This document shows, piece after piece, positions 16,993 to 23,935 of a stretch of DNA of 64,000 nucleotides (its first letter is position 1; every line of letters begins with the position of its first letter). Source of the stretch: a virus. A program made the translations under genes and the position numbers. The DNA lies in IMG/VR virus record IMGVR_UViG_3300045988_101835; one strand, written 5' to 3'. The notes below the pieces were generated by a model, which was given only the letters and a program-made list of their open reading frames with translations, was not told where the DNA came from and searched no databases.

Positions 16993-19900
16993 ATGGGTGA
17001 TTTTTATACTCATGTTGTAGCGATCGATGATGATTCGATTGGTACGGCTCCGGAGTCCACGGGTGTTCGCCGTGTTGGTGACTCTGTTAGTTCGTTCCTG
17101 CAGGTGGAGTCGGGTGCTTCGCGTCGTGTTACGGACGCGCGTCGTGGTGGTTTCACTGATGGGGAGATTCACAAGGTGGCTTGTAGTCTTTGCAGCATGT
17201 CGCGTGGCAGTCGCCGTGCGTCTTTGGCTAAGATGAGCGCTCCTTTGCGTCGTCGTCTTCTTGCGGAGGGTAAGCGCATTCAGTCTGTTGTTGCGGATTC
17301 GTTTATCGAGTACACGCCGGAGGTTTGCTGGGCCATCAATGACATTATAGAGAATGACTCGTCTGCGGGTTATGACATCTTGAAGTCTAAGTACCGTTCT
17401 TTGCCGCCGGAGGTTAAGACGTTCTATGACGAGTTTTTGAAGAACCGTTACTCTCCTGCTGCTGTTCGTGCTCAGGAGATGTTGGGTCCTTATCGTCTTG
17501 TTCAGGATGACGCTCGTGTGGAGGCATTCCTTGAGGGTGGTTCTACGCAGGAGGGTGCTTTGGATGAGGTTATCGAGGCGGCTTCTGTTTCTGGCGAGGA
17601 GCTGTACGAGACTACTCAGGAGAAACTTGACGAGCTTGGCGAGCGTGCTCAGTCGGCAGCTATGACTTTCATTGAGGAGGTTTCTAATATCTACGAGGAG
17701 GGCATTGCGGATGTTGTTTCGGCCCAGACGTTGGCTTCCGCCGAGGAGGCTACGGAGGATGTCTTGGAGGCACCTATTCCGGAGGAGGATGTTGATGCCC
17801 TTCCTGATCCGAATGTGGATGATACGGATGCCGGAGCTTCTTCGGAGGTTCAGGATTCTGCCGCGTCTCCGGAGTTTGTTGTTCATGGTACTATTGATCC
17901 CGTAGATGATCCCGATTGGGCGTCTAAGAGTAAAGCTACCAATTGGGATATTGTAGACCTTGCTAGTTACACTCAGCGTCAGGAGTTCTTGGGTTCGCTT
18001 GGGAAGAAGGATGCTAAGGGTCGTGATCTTTATGGTCTTCGTTACTATTCTCCCAATGGTCGCAATTCGAGTGTTGCGGAGTTGATCTTCGAGGATTACT
18101 CTCGTTTGCTTGATCGTGCTAAGGCAGCATCATCGTCTAAGCCTGTTGCCGATGACGTCGATGGCTTGGTGTTGGCTTCGGAGCTTTCCGCTCAGCCGCT
18201 GCCTGCTGCTCAGGCGGCTCCAGTTGTTGAGGGTGCTATGTCGCAGGCTGTTCCGTCCGTTCCGGTTAACGTTGGTACTACGGTTCAGGTTTCGTATTTG
18301 GGTAATGTTTATTCGGGTGTCATCACTTCTGTTGGCAATGGTGTTGCCGTCATCGAGGGTCTTCCTTTTGAGTACTTCTCCTTGCGTCAGGCCGAGGGTG
18401 CCTTCACGGGTTCTGATGATGACGTGACTTTCGCCCTTGCGGATGTCGTTCCGGTTCAGATTGTCGAGGAGACGTCTGTTGCACCTTCGTCGAATGATGC
18501 TGACGTTATTATGGCTTCGGAGGATGTTGTTGAGGGCGATGATGCTCCGATAAGTGCGCCGGAGGAGACTCAGGTTACGGAGGATGAGATTATCGAGGAT
18601 TCTGCTTCAGAGGAGTCTTCTAAGCTGATGGGTCGCATTCTTAATGCCTACTTGGACCGGGGTGCTGCTGACGAGTTCGACGTCTATTTGACGGACGATA
18701 AGAGTGGTGGTCCTCGCCTGCATATCGTGTGCGGGGATGATTCGCTTCATGCTTCTATTTTCTATCGTGGTAATCGTGGCTGGAATAAGGTTTATACCTT
18801 CGAGTCGGATGACGCTGCTATTGAGGCTGTCGAAGAGCTGACGGACGATGTTCTTGCGAAGCTTCCCGGCGTCATGGCGGAGCCTGTAGATGCTTCTGCT
18901 CTGCTGTTCGATAGTGTTCGTGACGATGTCGATCCTGCTGTTGTTTCGGAGTTCGAGTCTGTCGTGGGTCCTGAGATTCTCAACGACGTTGCTCCGCTTA
19001 TTCATGTAGTTCATACGACCGAGGATGATGTTGTTCGACGGAGTGTATGGTCTTCGTTGAAGTCCATTGCGGAGGATATTATTCTGGACTTTGGTGACAC
19101 TTTGGGTGGGTTGTCTGTAGGTGATATCTTGTCTATCTTCAATAGTCACAAGTTTTCTACGCCGTGGGGTGCTGTTGTAGACTCTGCTGTTTCGGATGCT
19201 GCCGTTAACTTCACGGTCGATCAAATTATGACGGCTTTGCGCAATGGGGTTGACATTGCTAATGCGGATGATTCTGTATCTATCGTTTTTGATGATGGTG
19301 ATGGTCTTGGTGATGTATTCGTATTCACCACGCCGTCGGGGTCGGTTGTTAAGGATGGCTCCGAGGCTGTTGCTTACTTGTCGGATCATCTTGCTGAGTT
19401 TAAGGACGCTATTTCGAATTCCTATGACGATATTTCAAAGGCTTTGGCTTCTGCGGGGTCCCCTACAGGCGAGGTTCCTGTGGAGGATGCGGAAGGCGAT
19501 GTTTCTCCTGAAGTTGTGGTTGAAGATGCACCGCATGCCGTAGACGAGACTTCCGATCCTGCAGCTATTGACTGGGGTGCTGTGGCTTTGGTTCTGAAGG
19601 ACTGGGGTCTTGCTAATTGCTTCACTTTGGCTCAGACGCCCGATCAGACTCATTTGGTTTCCGCTGCGGAGGCTTTGGCTTCGGCATTGTCTTCGGATAC
19701 CCGTCTGGAGACTCGTCTTGATGCTTCTGTTCCTCGTATTCTTTGCAAGGATCAACGGTTTATTGACATCAAGGCCGATGGTGTCTATGTAGGCACTACG
19801 TTGTTTGTTTACCAGACTGCCGATGATGCTATTGTTACCTTCGCGTCTACCATGTCGAATGCTGCTATTCAGCTTGCTCATAAGATTTACGATGCTACGG

Positions 19901-20655
19901 CTTCGGATGTTGTTGCTGAGGTTGCGAATGAGTTATCGGAGGAAGAGGAGATCGCTCTGCTGCAGGATTCTTTGGAGACGGTTCGTTCGAAGGCTGATTG
20001 GAAGGATCGCCCGTGGGCACAGCATGCATCTTTCCTCCAGAAGTACCCGCGTCTTCGTATGGTGATTGATGACGAGAGTATCTTGTCGGACGCCGCTAAG
20101 CAGGAGGTTCTGCGGTCTATCGAGAACGAGATTTCGGAGGCTTTGAAGTCTAAGAACATTTTGATTGAGGATTCTGCGTCTCTGGCGATTGATCCGGATA
20201 AGGTGAAGGATAGTGCTCCTAACACTTTGGACATTCCTCATACGGCTTCGACTTATCATCGTGTTCGCAATACCCGGAAGGTTCTGGATTCGGTTCTTTC
20301 TGTTGCTTCTGAGATCATGGGCGAGCGCATTAGTGCCGCTAACTACAAGAGTCTCTGCAAGTCTTCGAGTAAGGCCGCTAAGGCGAAGGTTCAGCGTGTT
20401 GTGGATACCGCCGTTGTTATGAACGAGTTGGACTTGATTTGTCCTGACTTATACAAGCGCAAGTTAACGGATTCCTATTGGGTTTGCGACAATGCATCGC
20501 GTGTTTCGGATTCGTTCAAGCTGAATGCTTCGTTTGCTGCGGGTCACGGTTGCTTGGTGTCTAATGCTCCGTTGGATGCGGACGTTGTTGCGGACCGGGA
20601 GGTTTCGAGCTTCAAGCTCAAGAATGGCTCTGAGCTTCACGTGGTTTTAGTTTAA
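16993..20655 (+). CDS. large acidic hypothetical protein (1220 aa)
   Basis: Long uninterrupted ORF, rich in Asp/Glu/Ser/Ala. No motif recognised. Confidence 0.65.
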   Translation: MGDFYTHVVAIDDDSIGTAPESTGVRRVGDSVSSFLQVESGASRRVTDARRGGFTDGEIHKVACSLCSMSRGSRRASLAKMSAPLRRRLLAEGKRIQSVVADSFIEYTPEVCWAINDIIENDSSAGYDILKSKYRSLPPEVKTFYDEFLKNRYSPAAVRAQEMLGPYRLVQDDARVEAFLEGGSTQEGALDEVIEAASVSGEELYETTQEKLDELGERAQSAAMTFIEEVSNIYEEGIADVVSAQTLASAEEATEDVLEAPIPEEDVDALPDPNVDDTDAGASSEVQDSAASPEFVVHGTIDPVDDPDWASKSKATNWDIVDLASYTQRQEFLGSLGKKDAKGRDLYGLRYYSPNGRNSSVAELIFEDYSRLLDRAKAASSSKPVADDVDGLVLASELSAQPLPAAQAAPVVEGAMSQAVPSVPVNVGTTVQVSYLGNVYSGVITSVGNGVAVIEGLPFEYFSLRQAEGAFTGSDDDVTFALADVVPVQIVEETSVAPSSNDADVIMASEDVVEGDDAPISAPEETQVTEDEIIEDSASEESSKLMGRILNAYLDRGAADEFDVYLTDDKSGGPRLHIVCGDDSLHASIFYRGNRGWNKVYTFESDDAAIEAVEELTDDVLAKLPGVMAEPVDASALLFDSVRDDVDPAVVSEFESVVGPEILNDVAPLIHVVHTTEDDVVRRSVWSSLKSIAEDIILDFGDTLGGLSVGDILSIFNSHKFSTPWGAVVDSAVSDAAVNFTVDQIMTALRNGVDIANADDSVSIVFDDGDGLGDVFVFTTPSGSVVKDGSEAVAYLSDHLAEFKDAISNSYDDISKALASAGSPTGEVPVEDAEGDVSPEVVVEDAPHAVDETSDPAAIDWGAVALVLKDWGLANCFTLAQTPDQTHLVSAAEALASALSSDTRLETRLDASVPRILCKDQRFIDIKADGVYVGTTLFVYQTADDAIVTFASTMSNAAIQLAHKIYDATASDVVAEVANELSEEEEIALLQDSLETVRSKADWKDRPWAQHASFLQKYPRLRMVIDDESILSDAAKQEVLRSIENEISEALKSKNILIEDSASLAIDPDKVKDSAPNTLDIPHTASTYHRVRNTRKVLDSVLSVASEIMGERISAANYKSLCKSSSKAAKAKVQRVVDTAVVMNELDLICPDLYKRKLTDSYWVCDNASRVSDSFKLNASFAAGHGCLVSNAPLDADVVADREVSSFKLKNGSELHVVLV

Positions 20656-20677
20656 CGAAGTTTACATACGTTGAGAA

Positions 20678-20710
20678 GGTTGCTAGGGATGTTCCTAGCA
20701 ACCTTTTTTT
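20678..20710 (+). terminator. rho-independent terminator
   Basis: Perfect 10-bp stem ggttgctagg/cctagcaacc with a 6-nt loop, followed by T7. Confidence 0.8.
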
Positions 20711-20721
20711 ATGTGCACCGC

Positions 20722-21234
20722 ATGGAAGTTAAGAGTGATTTTGCTTATAAGTCTCCTTTGGGGGGCGTTAGTCTTCAAGTGACGTTTGCGGTTCCGGATG
20801 AGGTTGATGACTTAGACTTCATACCTCGGGTTGCGGATAGTGTTTCCGTTTTATGCGACCGGACTTTCACCGTTGGTGACTTTGTTGTTCGAGGCATGGT
20901 TGCGAAGTACCCTTCGGAGTCGCTTCCGGAGTTAGCTTCTACGCTGTACACGGTTTGGGTTTATGTTTATTGCCAGCCGGAGGATTTCTTTTCGGCCGTA
21001 GGTACCGACTCTGCTCAGGACATTATGATCCAGCGTTGGAATTCGGATTCTATTCATGGGTTCGTTTCTAAGCGTTTGGTTTCGCTTGGGTCGTTTCCGT
21101 CTTCGTCGTTGCTGTCTACGGAGATCCAGAAGTCACTGGGTATTGCTATGTGTACGTGGTGGCACGTGTGCCTTCAGGACATTTACTGGCGACATATGGA
21201 GTCGCTTAAGGTTCCCGCTCTGGTTGTAGATTAG
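20722..21234 (+). CDS. hypothetical protein
   Basis: ATG at 20722 chosen because the track start at 20671 runs through the terminator hairpin. Confidence 0.55.
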   Translation: MEVKSDFAYKSPLGGVSLQVTFAVPDEVDDLDFIPRVADSVSVLCDRTFTVGDFVVRGMVAKYPSESLPELASTLYTVWVYVYCQPEDFFSAVGTDSAQDIMIQRWNSDSIHGFVSKRLVSLGSFPSSSLLSTEIQKSLGIAMCTWWHVCLQDIYWRHMESLKVPALVVD

Positions 21235-21248
21235 TCACCTGCTTCCCT

Positions 21249-21644
21249 ATGGGCCGCTTCAATCCTAAGTTAGCACAGTGGGTAAATTCCAACTTATCGT
21301 TCCGTGATGAGTATAAGGCTATTTTCGGCAAGGAGTTGGATTACGGTACTTGCTACTGTCCTTTTCATGCTAACACGGATACGAAGGCAGCTAAGCTATA
21401 TGGTAATTGGTTGAAGTGCTATGGTGAATGCCAGCGGTCTTATAGTGTTTATGACTTGCTTTGTAAGTTCAATCCTGATCGCCTCCGTGAGTTGCGTTAC
21501 TCGGGTGTTTTGCCGGAGCAGGGTGTTGTCTTTCGCAATGACGTTAAGCCAGTAGTTTTTTCCTACGCTTCGGCGTCGGATATACCTTCGGATTTGGTTC
21601 CGGGGTCTTTTGAGTTTTATACTTTCATTTCGGATTTTCAATGA
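21249..21644 (+). CDS. primase-type CHC2 zinc-finger protein
   Basis: 'CYCPFHANTDTKAAKLYGNWLKCYGEC' matches the DnaG-type CPFH...CxxC zinc-binding pattern. No TOPRIM domain was seen in this ORF. Confidence 0.6.
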   Translation: MGRFNPKLAQWVNSNLSFRDEYKAIFGKELDYGTCYCPFHANTDTKAAKLYGNWLKCYGECQRSYSVYDLLCKFNPDRLRELRYSGVLPEQGVVFRNDVKPVVFSYASASDIPSDLVPGSFEFYTFISDFQ

Positions 21645-21817
21645 GTGCTTTGCAGAAGAAGACGTTGGTGTACGTCGATGGTCATACGGAGGATGTCATT
21701 ATACTTTTCACTTTGGAGATGTGCTACGTTGTTCTGGCTTCTAACCGCCGGGTTGTTTTGGTTTCCCGTGGTGTTGTCAAGAACGTTGTTCCTTACGTTA
21801 AGCGCCAGAAGGAATAG
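21641..21817 (+). CDS. hypothetical small protein (58 aa, below the ORF-track cutoff)
   Basis: ATGA overlap with the upstream stop. Hand translation gives MSALQKKTLVYVDGHTEDVIILFTLEMCYVVLASNRRVVLVSRGVVKNVVPYVKRQKE. Confidence 0.5.
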   Translation: MSALQKKTLVYVDGHTEDVIILFTLEMCYVVLASNRRVVLVSRGVVKNVVPYVKRQKE

Positions 21818-21823
21818 ATCTCT

Positions 21824-23815
21824 ATGTTGTGGGGCACTTTTAATGGGTACAAGGTTGGCTTGGTTCAGAGTCTGTCGGATTTGGATTACATCCGGGCAGA
21901 TTTGCATGCCAATATAGTGGCTGGTTTGGATTCGGAGACGACGAGCTTATCTTTTGTTCACGGTCGAGTGGTAGGGGTATGTATCGCTACGGGTAAGACT
22001 TACAGCAAGGATGACTACTGTGGTTATTACATTCCGATTCGTCATGTGGGCTATCACGCCAATCTTCCGGTTGACCTTGTTATTGCTTTCGTGCAGTATG
22101 TCGTCGATAATTATATGACGATGTGGTGGAACCGGAGTTTCGACTTTTCTATGTTGGAGCTTGACGGGTTCAAGGCACCTTTTGTTGGTAAGACTCATGA
22201 CGTCCAGTTCATGGCGCATGAGATTTTCAATGAGCGTTATCCTAAGCTGAAGGTCTTTGCTAAGCGTCTTTTTGGGTTTAAGACTATCGACTTCGAGGAT
22301 AATAATGCGGTTAATGGTAACTTCGGCTCACTCGACCCGGAGGTCTCTTTCATCTATGCTGCTGCCGACCCTCTCATCACGACACTGTGTGGTCTCCGTA
22401 TTTGGAGTGACTATCCTCATATTCGTCAAATTTACCCGCTGGATAACGAGTCCGGTGAGGCTGTTCGTCGCTTGGCTAAGGCGGATATCCTTCTTGATTA
22501 TGATTTCTTGGATCAGGAGGTCATTCGCACTTCTGCCCGCATGGAGGATGTCCGGCAGCGTATCTATCAGCTTGTGGGCTACGTTTTCAACATCAGTAGT
22601 GAGGATGACAAGGCGGATGCCTTGAGCCGCTTTGTCACGTTGACGGTCCGTACTAAGAGTGGCAAGTTCAAGACGGATAAGAATGTCTTGGCGACGATAG
22701 ATCATCCGTTAGCTAAGCTTATGCTGGAGTATAATGCCTTGAGCACTTACTTGAAGTCTTTCGTTTCCAAGATGGTTTCGTGGCGTCATCGTCAGATTCC
22801 GGTTCATATTAATTATAACCTTGTCGTGGCGTTGACGGGTCGTATGAGTAGCTCCGGGTCGGAGGGTAATGACTTCTACGTTCCTTTTAATGGCCAGAAC
22901 TGTGTTCGTGGTTCTAATACTACAGTTTTCACTCGTTCCGGGTCCAAGTTGATTTCGGAGGTTGTTGTTGGTGACGAGGTTTGGGATGGCGATGCTTTTC
23001 GGCGCGTGTCTGCGGTTTTGGATCAGGGTGTGCGTGAGATTTACCGTTTGACTTTGGAGGATGGTCGTTTCTTGGACGCGACATCAGATCACCCGGTTCT
23101 CACGGCTTCGGGGTTCCACGAGGTTTCTACGTTACTCGGGGTCGATGTTTTGGTGAGTGAGAACCCTCATGTTTTCCTGACTGGTGTAGATTGTGGTCCC
23201 GCTAGGTACTTATGTAGGGTTGTGTCGATCCACCCTATTGGCTATGATCGTGTTTATGACATTACGGTCGATGTATCAGAGCGTTTTGTGGCCAACGGTA
23301 TTATAGTTCATAATTGCCCGAAGGTTTCTTTGAAGATGTATTTGCATACAGATCCTCTTATAGGCTACTGTTTGAAGCATGAGGCGGAGGGTGCTGTGTG
23401 TGATGAGTCGGGCAAGCCTATTAAGTATAAGACGAAGGGAGGACTTCGTGATGCCTTCTTGGCCAACCCGCCGGGGGAGGATGACTGGGTAATGGTTGGC
23501 AACGATTATTGTATTCATCCGGATACATTAGTATCGACACCTTCGGGAGATGTTCGAATAGGTGATATGGTTGGTTGTGAGTTCGAGGTTTCTACGCCTT
23601 ATGGTCCTTGCGTTGCTTCTAATGTTCACCATACTGGTCGTCGCAAGCAGTATCGTATAGAGTTGTCGGACGGTGCGGTTCTGGTTTGCTCTCCAGATCA
23701 TCGTTTGTGGGTGTGTCGTGATGACGTAGATATGTGGGTTAAGGCTTCTGAGCTTTTGAGTAGTGATTATATTTACACTCAGTCTGATGTTACTTATCCG
23801 GAGATTGTGAGCTAG
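21824..23815 (+). CDS. family-A DNA polymerase, N-terminal part (3'-5' exonuclease through motif A) with one complete and one half intein
   Basis: Exo I 'GLDSETTSL'. 'TGRMSSS...NGQN' corresponds to Pol I TGRLSS..NLQN. 'GNDY' is the start of motif A (DYSQIELR). The ORF ends inside an intein N-domain. Confidence 0.85.
   Translation: MLWGTFNGYKVGLVQSLSDLDYIRADLHANIVAGLDSETTSLSFVHGRVVGVCIATGKTYSKDDYCGYYIPIRHVGYHANLPVDLVIAFVQYVVDNYMTMWWNRSFDFSMLELDGFKAPFVGKTHDVQFMAHEIFNERYPKLKVFAKRLFGFKTIDFEDNNAVNGNFGSLDPEVSFIYAAADPLITTLCGLRIWSDYPHIRQIYPLDNESGEAVRRLAKADILLDYDFLDQEVIRTSARMEDVRQRIYQLVGYVFNISSEDDKADALSRFVTLTVRTKSGKFKTDKNVLATIDHPLAKLMLEYNALSTYLKSFVSKMVSWRHRQIPVHINYNLVVALTGRMSSSGSEGNDFYVPFNGQNCVRGSNTTVFTRSGSKLISEVVVGDEVWDGDAFRRVSAVLDQGVREIYRLTLEDGRFLDATSDHPVLTASGFHEVSTLLGVDVLVSENPHVFLTGVDCGPARYLCRVVSIHPIGYDRVYDITVDVSERFVANGIIVHNCPKVSLKMYLHTDPLIGYCLKHEAEGAVCDESGKPIKYKTKGGLRDAFLANPPGEDDWVMVGNDYCIHPDTLVSTPSGDVRIGDMVGCEFEVSTPYGPCVASNVHHTGRRKQYRIELSDGAVLVCSPDHRLWVCRDDVDMWVKASELLSSDYIYTQSDVTYPEIVS
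22901..23314 (+). other. mini-intein 1 (138 aa) inserted after the Pol I ...QN motif
   Basis: Cys1 'CVRGSNTTVF', block B 'LDATSDHPVLT', blocks F/G 'VYDITVDVSERFVANGIIVHN', followed by +1 Cys. No endonuclease domain. Confidence 0.8.
23510..23812 (+). other. split-intein N-fragment (101 aa) at PolA motif A
   Basis: 'DY|CIHPDTLVSTPSGDVRIGDM' (block A) and 'LVCSPDHRLWV' (block B). The ORF stops with TAG at 23813. Confidence 0.7.
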
Positions 23816-23818
23816 TGT

Positions 23819-23935
23819 ATGGGACGCGCTTCTAATATAAAATCCATTTCGGTATTACAGGATGAAGTTGACATGATTGACTTCTCTGTTGCGGGTGCTC
23901 ATTGCTACTATGCCAATGGTATGTTGGTCCATAAC
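23819..23935 (+). other. split-intein C-fragment (39 aa)
   Basis: 'MGRASNIKSISVLQDEVDMIDFSVAGAHCYYANGMLVHN', followed by +1 Cys. Blocks F/G are present. Confidence 0.7.

Noticed and set aside
23813-23821. Genome-wide TAG reassignment (as in some gut phages) as the explanation for the PolA break
   Set aside because: All other large genes are intact under the standard code. No suppressor tRNA (CTA, TCA or TTA anticodon) was found among the four tRNAs in the window. It is kept only as a local read-through caveat.
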